Assembly (NCBI GenBank): GCA_963816145.1
Contig: CAWFJP010000003.1
Coordinates: 1-64,000 of the forward strand
Length of the DNA stretch: 64,000 nucleotides
Source: an uncultured delta proteobacterium
Lineage (GTDB): Bacteria > Desulfobacterota > Binatia > UBA9968
Direction: 5' to 3'
Shown here: positions 18,991 to 29,275 of the stretch, piece by piece
Layout: every line of letters begins with the position of its first letter
Numbering within the stretch: the stretch's first letter is position 1
The notes under the pieces: model-generated
The model's database searches: none
The model's input: only the letters and a program-made list of their open reading frames with translations
Told to the model about the DNA's origin: nothing
Translations under genes and position numbers: made by a program

Positions 18991-19890
18991 ATGTATAAAA
19001 AAATCTTGGTACCGTTGGACGGTTCGGCAACGGCGGAAGCGGTGTTGCCCTACGCCCAGGCGTTAGCTGCCGGATTCAAGACCACGGTGGAGCTCTTGTC
19101 GGTCATCGATATTGGCGCGATGACGACGCATTTGTCGCCGGATAAAATTCGCCACTTGGACGGCATCATCGCTACAGAGGAAAGAAAGTGCGCCACCTAT
19201 CTGGAGGATGTCGCCAAAAAATTTTCACACTCGCCGACCGAGTGCCGGATCGTGCGCGGTACACCGGCGGAGATTATACTTGAAACCACCCGTCAGGAGC
19301 GCGATGCCTTGATCGCCATGGCGACGCACGGCCGCTCCGGAGCGAAGCGCTGGTTGTTGGGGAGCGTTGCCGAGAAAGTGCTGCGCGGCACGACCGATCC
19401 CTTGTTCCTGGTGCGGGCGGCAGCGGCGAAGACATCGCCGCAGCAGATCGTCAATTCGATCGTCGTTCCCTTGGACGGTTCGCAGCTGGCCGAGAAGATT
19501 CTGCCGACCGTATGCGGTTGGGCGCGCGCGCTCGATGTCGAGGTGACACTGATTCGCGCTTTCGAGTTTCCAGCGGCAGCGTATTATAGCAGCGAGACTT
19601 TCATACCCGACTACGACGAAATGCGCGAGGAGGCGCGCAAAGAAGCGGCCGACTATCTCAGAGTAAAGGAAGATTCTCTGGTCCGGGAGGGCGTGCGCAC
19701 GGTGTCGATTCTGACCACTGAAGGCCCGGCCGCCGAGGAAATTATTCGCCACGCGCAGACCGTGCCCGGCGCGCTGATCGCCATGTCGACCCATGGCCGC
19801 TCCGGCGTCCAGCGTTGGCTACTCGGCAGCGTTACCGAAAAAGTCGTGCGTCATGCCGACGACCCGGTTCTGGTGGTGCGGGGCGGATGA
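18991..19890 (+). CDS. tandem-domain universal stress protein
   Basis: Two ILVPLDGS-like / THGRSG...LLGSV motifs. Confidence 0.92.
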   Translation: MYKKILVPLDGSATAEAVLPYAQALAAGFKTTVELLSVIDIGAMTTHLSPDKIRHLDGIIATEERKCATYLEDVAKKFSHSPTECRIVRGTPAEIILETTRQERDALIAMATHGRSGAKRWLLGSVAEKVLRGTTDPLFLVRAAAAKTSPQQIVNSIVVPLDGSQLAEKILPTVCGWARALDVEVTLIRAFEFPAAAYYSSETFIPDYDEMREEARKEAADYLRVKEDSLVREGVRTVSILTTEGPAAEEIIRHAQTVPGALIAMSTHGRSGVQRWLLGSVTEKVVRHADDPVLVVRGG

Positions 19891-19930
19891 AAACACGGCG
19901 AGCTGTGAGTAGCTTTAATTTCTATGGGGT

Positions 19931-20006
19931 TAATTCCCCGCAGCTTGCTGCGATTGTGTGATCGATTCGATCCGATACCCCGCTGCTTGCGGCGGGGTTC
20001 TTCATT
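19931..20006. mobile_element. PATE/MITE-like element made of two IS200/IS605-type palindromic ends
   Basis: CCCCGCAGCTTGCTGCG (19936-19952) and CCCCGCTGCTTGCGGCGGGG (19978-19997), 25 nt apart, no transposase. Confidence 0.55.
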
Positions 20007-20748
20007 CTAAAGACCATTTTGTCATTGACCCCATCCCGTCAGTGCGCCGATATTGATCTAGGTGCCGATACTCGTAACCTGGAAGCTCCCCTTGGAGCCG
20101 CTCGATATGACCGTGCAGGTCACTGACGCTAGGATTTGGCGCATCGAGGTCGGTAAGCGACTTATTGCCATTATGCCATCATTTATACTTTGTTCCGATG
20201 ATGCGCGGGGTTGCACGCATCTGTCAGCTGTTCGTACTGCCGTGACCGCTTTTCGATATTAGAGCGCTGATCGGGCATTATGGCGGTTGCAGAAGTGCCG
20301 AGAAAGCGCACTAATATGACAACAGCGCCCAAGTTGGTTCCAATTGAACCTTAGCCGCTATCAGTGTCATTTGCTGGAATACCTTTTGCGCAAATACCTG
20401 ATGCGACAAAAGCAGATGAAGTGAACTGACCGCCCTCCGTGCGGTCGGATCGGTGATAGCGCGTGCGAGAGGATACGGGTAAGGGCTCACTTCTCTTCCA
20501 GTGATTTCTTGGTCATAAAGAGGCCGTTCCAATATGATGATGTCACCGGCACAAGGCGCTAGGAAGAAGCGCTCTAACGCGTGGCACGCGAAGTGGAGGC
20601 GATGTCAGACGGGGAGGCATAACATTGGTTGCCAAAAACACTGTTCAGCGATGACAAATCGAAACCTGTTGCCGATATCTCTCGTTTATTCTTTTGTCGG
20701 GGTTACGAAATAATCAATCAACCATAGCTTGTAGAAGCTAGAAAACAC

Positions 20749-23700
20749 ATGCACGACGAAAAAAACAACACGATCTATAGATTACTCAGCGCGCAGGCAG
20801 AGCACGCTCCAGAAGCGATAGCTATTGGCGCACCTGGTCGGAGCGCTCTGACCTACCGCGGATTGCTCAATCAGGTCGAGCGCGTTGTGAAATCTCTGCA
20901 TACCAGAGGAGTTCGCCGTAACGACCGTGTCGCCATCGTGCTACCCAATGGCTCGGACATGGCGGTCACCTTTCTTGGTGTCGCCGCCAGCGCGATTTGT
21001 GCACCGTTGAATCCGGCCTATAGCCGTAGCGAATTTGAATTTTATCTCTCCGACCTCAATCCCAAAGTCTTGATTGTTCAGTCGGGCATTAACTCTGCCG
21101 CTATCGCCGTCGCTGAACTGCGTCGGATTCCAGTCGTCGAGTTATTTCCGATACCTGAGGCAGCCGCCGGTGTTTTTGCTTTAAACGATAACGAGCAGCC
21201 GCTAACCGCAAATGTTGACTTTCCCCGGGCCGACGATATCGCGCTGATTCTGCATACCTCCGGGACAACTTCCCGCCCCAAGATGGTTCCCTTGACCCAG
21301 GCTAATCTTCTGGCCTCAGCCGGGAACATTGCCTCGACTTTGCGATTGAGTGCAGCGGATTGCTGCCTCAATGTGATGCCGTTGTTTCACATTCATGGTC
21401 TTGTGGGGGCACTACTTTCATCGGTGACGGCTTGCTCTAAGGTAATCTGTACTGCGGGCTTCGACATCGAGCAGTTCTTTCCTTGGTTAGAGGCGTTTCG
21501 TCCGACTTGGTACACGGCGGTTCCGACGATTCATCACGCGGTACTCACGCGCACCCAAGCCGACACTACGGCCATAAGAAATCATTCGCTCAGATTCATC
21601 CGTTCTTCATCTTTCGCGCTACCCGCACGGGTCCTGCAGGGATTAGAGGATCTATTCGAGGTACCTGTAATTGAGTCCTACGGTATGACTGAGGCGGCGC
21701 ATCAGATGGCTAGCAATCCCTTGCCGCCCGGTCAGCGTAAGGTCGGTTCGGTAGGGCTCGCGGCGGGACCGGAAGTCTCCATCATGGATCAGGCCGGCAG
21801 CTTATTACCCACCAGTGATATTGGCGAAATCGTCATTCGTGGCGCCAATGTCATGCACGGTTATGACAACGACAGCGATGCCAACGGCGATGCATTCACA
21901 CGGGGGTGGTTTAGGACGGGCGACCAGGGGTATCTCGACAAAAATGGTTATCTGTTCATCACGGGCCGTCTTAAAGAAATCATAAATCGTGGCGGAGAAA
22001 AGATCTCGCCACGGGAAGTCGATGATGTGATTTTGCAACATCCGGCGGTCGCTGAAGCTTTTAGCTTTGCGGTGCCACATAAAACTCTCGGCGAGGATAT
22101 CGCCGCCGCCGTTGTGTTACGGAAGCAGGGTGCGGCAACTGAATTGGAACTCCAACAATTTGTTGCAAGCCGTTTGGCAGACTTTAAGGTCCCGCGCCAA
22201 ATCATCATCGTGGAAGCCATTCCAAAGACTGCAACGGGAAAAATCCAACGCATCGGTCTGGCAGAGAAACTTGGCCTCGTTGACGCGCAACAAGAACACA
22301 ATACTCGCCGAGCAGTTGCTATCACGCCTGGGACGCAGACAGAAAAGGCGCTCACCGGCATTTGGTCTGCCGTCTTGGGATTGGATGTTGGTCCCGACGA
22401 TAATTTATTTCGCCTCGGGGGAAATTCAATCCACGCGGCGCAAATCATCTCGCGTATAAGGAACTCGATCGGTGCGGAGTTGAGCTTCGCTGCGTTCTTT
22501 GAATCACCGACGGTTGCGGCTATGGCAAAAGCCATTGAAAATACAAGTCAGAAATCCTGCCTCGTAAAGACTTCGCCGTTTCCAGAGGATGCCATCGGCT
22601 CCCTTTCGTTTACCCAAGAGGCCCTGTGGTTCCTTGACCAACTCGATCCTGGCAATACCGCTTACAACCGACCGGTTTTTGCGCGCCTGCAGGGGAGCCT
22701 CAATCTATCAATTTTGGAAAAATGCCTAAGCGAAATTCTCCGGCGTCACAGTTCCCTACGGACCCGCTTCCCTGCCAAGAATGGCGAACCCTTGCAGCAT
22801 GTCTACCCTGTTGAACGCTTTTCGGTACCGTTAACGGATATTAGTAGTCTTTCGGTCCCCGAACGAGAATCACAACTTCGGCTGCTCGCCGCCGAGGAGG
22901 CGCGCAAGCCCTTCGATTTGGCTAAAGGTCCAACATTTCGCGCGAAGTTGGTTCGCGTCGAGGAGCGGTTGCACATTTTATTGGCGACGTCACATCACAT
23001 CGTCTTCGACGGTTGGAGTGCCGAAATATTCCTTCGAGAGCTGCAGACGCTCTATGACGAATATTCTGCCGGCCGCGCTACTTCGCTGGCGGAACTGCCC
23101 ATTCAGTACCTAACCTTTGCACGGTGTCAGCGGGACACCGCAAATGACGAACTCATGAAGGCGCACGTTGATTACTGGAAGCGCCAGCTCAATCCGGGCA
23201 TTCCGCCTCTCGACTTAGCCACTGACCGCCCAAGACCTCTGATCCAGACCTTCAACGGCGCACAGCGAGTATTCACACTACCAAACGATCTCCTAGCCGG
23301 ACTCAAGGCTATAAGCCACCAGGAGAAAGCGACTCTTTTTATGACGCTCCTGTCGGCATTCAAGATCCTGTTGCACCACTACTCGAGGCAGCATGACATC
23401 ATCGTGGGCACACCTTTCGCCGGTCGTAATCAGATTGAAACTGAAGAAATGATCGGCAATTTCACAACGACATTACCCCTGTACACGAACCTATCCGGCA
23501 ATCCCAGTTTTCGCGAGCTATTGGCACGCGTGCGCAAGACAGTGCAAGAAGCGCACGCTCATCAGATCATTCCTTTTGAAACAATCGCGCCACAATTGCG
23601 CATGAAAAGGGACAGCAGCCGCCCGCCGGTGTATCAAGTATTGTTTCAACTGCGAAACTATCCGCAGGAGTTTAGACAAACCGGCGAGCTGCGTATCGAA

Positions 23701-26700
23701 AAATACGAGCGTGAAAGCGAAACCTCGGCTTTTGATTTGAGCGTGAGCATTTCGGATGACCGAATCGGACTAAAGTACGACATCGTTTACAATACCGACC
23801 TTTTTGAAGATTCCACCATCGAGCGAATGGCGGCACAGTTTGGCAATTTGATTAAAAACATTGTGACCGATCCGGAACAAACACTTTCCGATTTTCCATG
23901 GCTTACCGCGACCAAACAAGGCGCATTGGAGTTATCGAAACTGATCCACGCAGAAGCACGTCCATTTTTGGCTGAGGGAAACAATATCATGGTCGCTACC
24001 GTCGCTGATCCATTTAGACAAGAAATCTCTGAAGTACAGCTAGAAAAATCTAGCATCGATAGTAATCCTAGAGTCGCCGTCAATCTTCATCCCGCGCACG
24101 AAGCCATTGGCGCAAAATGTTTCCATCCAACGGGTTCCTTCGTTGCATTTCAAGCTGAGGAAGTCGAACAATCGATTCCATGTCGGTTCGAAAAAATTGT
24201 CAGCCAATATCCTGACCGAGTTGCGATCAAATATAAAGATAGAGCAGTCACCTATGCGGAGCTTAACACGACGGCAAATCGCATCGCACATACGATCTTG
24301 GCTCTGCGTGGTGAAAAGGAAGAACCTGTGGTTCTCCTATTTGATCACGGCGTGGATGTCGTTGCCGCAATCATCGGAGTGTTGAAGGCGGGCAAGTTTT
24401 TCGTCGCACTCGATTCACAGGATCCCATAGCCAGGAATCTATCGGCGCTCAAAGAATCGCGGGCCGAATTGATGTTGACCTGTTCCAGCAGTGCCTCACT
24501 TGTCAAAGGATTTGGCGAGCTGAACATACAAATACTACACAGCGATTTCCTCCCTGCCAATGTGTGCAGTCAGAACCCGGAACTGCATATCGCGCCAAGC
24601 GCGTTGACCTACGTCGGGTACACCTCTGGATCAACCGGCGTACCCAAAGGAGTTATGCAAAACCATCGAAATCTGCTGCAGCAAACGATGGTTTACACTA
24701 ATACTCTCCACATAAGCGTCGAGGACCGTCTAACCCTCCTTCATTCCTGTACCAATGGTGCATCTACGCCACATCTGTTTTCAGCGTTGCTAAACGGCGC
24801 TACGCTTTTCCCCTTTAACCCCAGAACAGAAGAAACCGAAAGTTTGGCCAGGTGGCTTATACGCGAGGGAATTACGATCTACCATTCCGTATCCGCCCTC
24901 TTCAGGGATTTCACTGACATATTGACGGGCTCAGAGGATCTGTCAAAGGTTCGAATCGTACATCTTTCAGGCGATACGGTCACCAAAAAGGACTTGCGCC
25001 TGTATCAGAAGCACTTCTCGCCTGACTGCATATTTGTAAACCGATTAGGTTCCCGGGAAGCAAATACCGTCTTATTGGGACTTTACGACAAATCATCGGC
25101 GATTTCCGAGAGCATATTGCCGATAGGCCCGGCGGTCGAGGGCAAGGAAATTTTGTTGCTCGGTGACAACAATGAGCCGGTTGGCGGTCAGTCGGTTGGT
25201 GAAATTGTGATTAGGAGCCGTTATCTGTCACCCGGTTATTGGCGTAATTCCGAACAAACAAACACCGTATTTGAATGCCCGGGGAATGGTGGCGACGAAC
25301 GTCTCTATCGGACAGGAGACTTAGGGCGTCTTCTGGTCAACGGTTGTTATCAGCATCTCGGCCGAAAGGACTCCCGGGTAAAGGTCCGGGGCTTTAGAAT
25401 TGAGCTTGCCGAGATTGAGATCGCGCTACTCAATTTAGCGATGATCAAAGAATCCGCCGTGTTAACCTGGGAACTCCCCAACGGCGAGATTCGGCTTATC
25501 GCCTACGTTGTATCGGCCCATCAACCGGTACCGACCTCCAGTGAATTACGCCGTCTGTTACGCGAGACGTTGCCCGATTATATGATACCTGCGTCCATCA
25601 TGTTTCTGGATCGGTTGCCGCGGAACCTCTTCGGCAAGATCGATCGCCGAGCGATACCTGCTCCTACCAACGCTAGGCCCGTTCTAGACACACCATATAG
25701 CGCACCGAGAACTCCGACGGAAGAACAATTATCCCGAATCTGGGCCGAGATTCTTTGCCTCGACCAGGTGGGCACCGACGACAATTTCTTCGATCTAGGA
25801 GGCCATTCGCTGGCCGCCACTAGGGTCGTTTCCCAAGTTATCAAAATGTTTCAATTGGCGGTGCCTCTTCGGTCTCTGTTCGAAGCACCCACCGTCGCCA
25901 AGATGGCAGCCGTGATTACAGCCAATCAGGCGCAAAAAGACGTTGTTGTTCCTGCTCGAACTATCATCCCACGAAGACAAGCCAGCCAGACGACGGCGCT
26001 TTCGTTTGCTCAACAACGGCTTTGGTTTTTGAGCCAGCTTGATCCCCAAAGCCCGGCTTATAACCAGCCGAAGGCGATCAGAATGAAGGGTACTCCCGAC
26101 ATCGAGATTCTGAAAAGGAGCCTTGAGACCATCATCGCGCGTCACGAAGTCTTGCGCACGACTTATTCCGCCATCGACGGCCAACCTTCGATCGCGGCGT
26201 CGCATGACGTATCAATTGAGGTGCCGACAATCGATCTTAGCGGCTATTCGGAGACCGATCGAGAAGCCGAGCTGCAAAGCCGTATTGCAGAGTTAACCGA
26301 GCGGCCCTTTGATCTTTCGCGGGATCTGACATTACGGACTACTCTACTCAAGCTTGGTCCCGCTGAATTTGTATTGCTGTTGGTAACGCATCACATCGCT
26401 TCTGATGGTTGGTCGAATGAAGTACTGCGGCGCGAGCTCACTATGTTGTACGAAGCTTTCGTCGCGGGTGAGCCCAATCCACTGCCTGAGCTCCCGATTC
26501 AATACGCCGATTATGCGGTTTGGCAGCGCGAGTGGGTTAAAGGCGAAATCTTAGAAAAACAACTGTCGTTTTGGAAAACTCAGCTCTTGAATATCCCTGT
26601 GTTGGAACTCCCCACAGACCGGTCTCGACCCGCTATTCAAACCTCCTGTGGCGCCAGGCAATCCATGGTCTTATCCAGAGTTCTTTCTGACCAGCTCAAT

Positions 26701-29271
26701 GATCTGAGCCGTAATCAGGAAGTAACTCTCTTTATGACCCTACTGGCAGCTTTTCAGACGCTGCTTTGCCGCTACACGGGACAAGACGACATTGCGGTCG
26801 GCTCCCCGATTGCGGGTCGCACCCGTTTTGAGTTTGAGAGCTTGATCGGCATCTTTGTTAACACGCTGGTCCTGAGAACCGATCTGAGTGGCAATCCATC
26901 ATTTCGTGAACTCTTGGCTCGGGTGCGCAAGGTTGCCTTGGAAGCATACCAGCACCAGGATGTGCCCTTTGAGAAAGTCGTCGAAGAAGTCAATCCCGAA
27001 AGAAACCTTAGCCATACTCCTTTGTTCAAGGTAAATTTTGCCTTTCAGAACCTCCCTAGACAAAGCCTCGAGCTGGCCGGTCTCACCGTTAGCCTGACCG
27101 AAATCGAACGAGAACCAGCCAAATTTGACCTTACTTTGTACGCCTGGGAAGAGGACCAGGGACTCAAGATTTCCGTGGTCTATAACACGGATGTCTTCGA
27201 TGCATCGACTATGACTCGGATGCTGGTTCATTTTGAAACTCTGCTGAAAGGCATCGTTTCAAATGCCGATCAGCGCATATCCGACCTACCGATCCTCACG
27301 GAAAAGGAAAGGCATCAGCTGATAGTTGAGTGCAATGAACCCCGCAGAGACTACCCGAAAGCGTGTATCCTAGAGTTATTTGAAAAACAGGTAGGGAGGA
27401 CTCCCGATGCTGTAGCGGTTATTTTTGACGACCAACAGCTTACTTATCGAGATCTCAATACCAGAGCCAATCAACTGGCTCACTGCCTGAGGAGGAGAGG
27501 TGTTGGCCCAGAGACGTTGATAGCGATCTGTGCGGAACGCTCGCTAGAAATGGTAATCGGTCTAGTTGGTATTCTGAAATCTGGGGCAGCTTATCTGCCG
27601 TTGGACCCCAACTACCCAGCTGAACGAATCGCCTTTATGCTCGCCGATTCCGTTGTTCCCGTGTTGTTGACGCAAAAGTGTATCAGCACTGGCCCCTTGT
27701 CATTTGTAATTAACGGATCCTCCACAAGGGAAACCATCTGTTTGGATTCAGACTGGAAGATAATTGCTCAGGAGAGCACAGAAAACCCCTCAAAAAACGT
27801 AACACCAGAAAATCTCGCCTATGTGATCTATACTTCAGGTTCAACGGGCAAACCTAAGGGCGTGATGGTTACGCATGCCAACATCGCGCGGCTCTTTTCT
27901 GTGACGAATGCATGGTTTACCTTCAACGACCGCGATGTCTGGACGTTGTTCCACTCATATGCATTTGATTTCTCGGTGTGGGAGATGTGGGGAGCCTTGT
28001 TATATGGTGGGCGCCTAGTCGTAGTGCCCCACTGGGTCAGCCGTTCACCCGGAGCATTTTGGGAATTGGTAAAGAAAGAAAACGTGACGGTGCTCAACCA
28101 AACGCCGTCGGCATTCCGTCCGCTCATGTCATTCGCAATCGGGAATGTTGGTGCAGACCCGCTCTCCCTTCGGTGGATTATTTTTGGCGGTGAAGCTTTG
28201 GACCTACAGAGTTTACGTCCGTGGATGGATTGCTACGGGGATCATCATCCGCAACTTGTGAATATGTACGGAATCACTGAAACGACGGTGCATGTAACCT
28301 ATCGCCCGTTGACACTAGCCGATACGCGCTCAGGTTCAGGAAGCTTAATCGGAAGACCGATTCCAGACTTGCAACTTTACATTCTGGATAGACATCGGCA
28401 ACTGGTCCCTATCGGAGTTCCGGGTGAAGTTTACGTCGCCGGTGCCGGAGTCGCTCGTGGGTATCTAAATCGACCGGAATTGACCGATGAACGTTTTATC
28501 CTGTGCTCGTTTGACGGACAACAACAGGCGGTCAGACTTTATAGGAGCGGGGACCGGGCTCGTCGGCTATCCAATGGTGATTTTCAATATCTCGGCCGCG
28601 TTGACAATCAAGTGAAAATTCGCGGCTTTCGCATCGAAATCGGCGAGATCGAGGCAGTACTTAACCATCATCCCGCGGTGCGGGAGGTGGCCGTCGTAGC
28701 ACGGGAGAACCGAGCGGCTGAAAACCAGCTCGTGGCGTATGTCGTCTTGCGGCAACAAGAAACGACAACCGTCGGCGATCTCCAAAGCTTCATGAAGGCC
28801 AAGCTTCCCGACTATATGATCCCTGCTGCATTCGTATTTTTGGATATTTTACCTCTAACCCCAAACGGCAAGGTAGATCGGCGAGCACTACCCGAGCCGG
28901 ATCCAGGAAGGCCCGAGCTTGAACAAGCATTTGTCGCACCGCAAAACGACTTAGAAAATAATATCGCAACTGTTTGGCGCGATGCGCTACACTTGGAGAA
29001 AGTTGGCATTCACGACAATTTCTTTGATTTAGGCGGCCATTCGCTGCTTCTCGTTCAAGTACACAGCCGCGTCCAAAGATTAGTGAGTCGAGACCTGTCT
29101 TTGATTGAGATGTTTGAACACCCGACCGTGCATTCTTTGGCTAACCATTTAAGTCAAGGAACGAGAGAGTTCGTTAAACAGAGTCAAGATCGCAGTCAAA
29201 ACCGGATCGATAATAAAATTCGCATCACCAGGCAGCGGTTGCAGCGGCAGCGACTCTCGCAGGGAGAATGA
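20749..29271 (+). CDS. NRPS: CAL-T-C-A(non-canonical)-T-C-A(Thr)-T
   Basis: HTSGTT/YTSGSTG AMP loops x3; GGNS/GGHS/GGHS carriers; HHIVFDG and HHIASDG C domains; last A reads DFWNIGMVHK (Thr code). Confidence 0.95.
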   Translation: MHDEKNNTIYRLLSAQAEHAPEAIAIGAPGRSALTYRGLLNQVERVVKSLHTRGVRRNDRVAIVLPNGSDMAVTFLGVAASAICAPLNPAYSRSEFEFYLSDLNPKVLIVQSGINSAAIAVAELRRIPVVELFPIPEAAAGVFALNDNEQPLTANVDFPRADDIALILHTSGTTSRPKMVPLTQANLLASAGNIASTLRLSAADCCLNVMPLFHIHGLVGALLSSVTACSKVICTAGFDIEQFFPWLEAFRPTWYTAVPTIHHAVLTRTQADTTAIRNHSLRFIRSSSFALPARVLQGLEDLFEVPVIESYGMTEAAHQMASNPLPPGQRKVGSVGLAAGPEVSIMDQAGSLLPTSDIGEIVIRGANVMHGYDNDSDANGDAFTRGWFRTGDQGYLDKNGYLFITGRLKEIINRGGEKISPREVDDVILQHPAVAEAFSFAVPHKTLGEDIAAAVVLRKQGAATELELQQFVASRLADFKVPRQIIIVEAIPKTATGKIQRIGLAEKLGLVDAQQEHNTRRAVAITPGTQTEKALTGIWSAVLGLDVGPDDNLFRLGGNSIHAAQIISRIRNSIGAELSFAAFFESPTVAAMAKAIENTSQKSCLVKTSPFPEDAIGSLSFTQEALWFLDQLDPGNTAYNRPVFARLQGSLNLSILEKCLSEILRRHSSLRTRFPAKNGEPLQHVYPVERFSVPLTDISSLSVPERESQLRLLAAEEARKPFDLAKGPTFRAKLVRVEERLHILLATSHHIVFDGWSAEIFLRELQTLYDEYSAGRATSLAELPIQYLTFARCQRDTANDELMKAHVDYWKRQLNPGIPPLDLATDRPRPLIQTFNGAQRVFTLPNDLLAGLKAISHQEKATLFMTLLSAFKILLHHYSRQHDIIVGTPFAGRNQIETEEMIGNFTTTLPLYTNLSGNPSFRELLARVRKTVQEAHAHQIIPFETIAPQLRMKRDSSRPPVYQVLFQLRNYPQEFRQTGELRIEKYERESETSAFDLSVSISDDRIGLKYDIVYNTDLFEDSTIERMAAQFGNLIKNIVTDPEQTLSDFPWLTATKQGALELSKLIHAEARPFLAEGNNIMVATVADPFRQEISEVQLEKSSIDSNPRVAVNLHPAHEAIGAKCFHPTGSFVAFQAEEVEQSIPCRFEKIVSQYPDRVAIKYKDRAVTYAELNTTANRIAHTILALRGEKEEPVVLLFDHGVDVVAAIIGVLKAGKFFVALDSQDPIARNLSALKESRAELMLTCSSSASLVKGFGELNIQILHSDFLPANVCSQNPELHIAPSALTYVGYTSGSTGVPKGVMQNHRNLLQQTMVYTNTLHISVEDRLTLLHSCTNGASTPHLFSALLNGATLFPFNPRTEETESLARWLIREGITIYHSVSALFRDFTDILTGSEDLSKVRIVHLSGDTVTKKDLRLYQKHFSPDCIFVNRLGSREANTVLLGLYDKSSAISESILPIGPAVEGKEILLLGDNNEPVGGQSVGEIVIRSRYLSPGYWRNSEQTNTVFECPGNGGDERLYRTGDLGRLLVNGCYQHLGRKDSRVKVRGFRIELAEIEIALLNLAMIKESAVLTWELPNGEIRLIAYVVSAHQPVPTSSELRRLLRETLPDYMIPASIMFLDRLPRNLFGKIDRRAIPAPTNARPVLDTPYSAPRTPTEEQLSRIWAEILCLDQVGTDDNFFDLGGHSLAATRVVSQVIKMFQLAVPLRSLFEAPTVAKMAAVITANQAQKDVVVPARTIIPRRQASQTTALSFAQQRLWFLSQLDPQSPAYNQPKAIRMKGTPDIEILKRSLETIIARHEVLRTTYSAIDGQPSIAASHDVSIEVPTIDLSGYSETDREAELQSRIAELTERPFDLSRDLTLRTTLLKLGPAEFVLLLVTHHIASDGWSNEVLRRELTMLYEAFVAGEPNPLPELPIQYADYAVWQREWVKGEILEKQLSFWKTQLLNIPVLELPTDRSRPAIQTSCGARQSMVLSRVLSDQLNDLSRNQEVTLFMTLLAAFQTLLCRYTGQDDIAVGSPIAGRTRFEFESLIGIFVNTLVLRTDLSGNPSFRELLARVRKVALEAYQHQDVPFEKVVEEVNPERNLSHTPLFKVNFAFQNLPRQSLELAGLTVSLTEIEREPAKFDLTLYAWEEDQGLKISVVYNTDVFDASTMTRMLVHFETLLKGIVSNADQRISDLPILTEKERHQLIVECNEPRRDYPKACILELFEKQVGRTPDAVAVIFDDQQLTYRDLNTRANQLAHCLRRRGVGPETLIAICAERSLEMVIGLVGILKSGAAYLPLDPNYPAERIAFMLADSVVPVLLTQKCISTGPLSFVINGSSTRETICLDSDWKIIAQESTENPSKNVTPENLAYVIYTSGSTGKPKGVMVTHANIARLFSVTNAWFTFNDRDVWTLFHSYAFDFSVWEMWGALLYGGRLVVVPHWVSRSPGAFWELVKKENVTVLNQTPSAFRPLMSFAIGNVGADPLSLRWIIFGGEALDLQSLRPWMDCYGDHHPQLVNMYGITETTVHVTYRPLTLADTRSGSGSLIGRPIPDLQLYILDRHRQLVPIGVPGEVYVAGAGVARGYLNRPELTDERFILCSFDGQQQAVRLYRSGDRARRLSNGDFQYLGRVDNQVKIRGFRIEIGEIEAVLNHHPAVREVAVVARENRAAENQLVAYVVLRQQETTTVGDLQSFMKAKLPDYMIPAAFVFLDILPLTPNGKVDRRALPEPDPGRPELEQAFVAPQNDLENNIATVWRDALHLEKVGIHDNFFDLGGHSLLLVQVHSRVQRLVSRDLSLIEMFEHPTVHSLANHLSQGTREFVKQSQDRSQNRIDNKIRITRQRLQRQRLSQGE

Positions 29272-29275
29272 CACA

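Noticed and set aside
20040-20740. short ORFs upstream of the NRPS (MbtH, PPTase or regulator candidates)
   Set aside because: No MbtH Trp motifs or other recognisable signature
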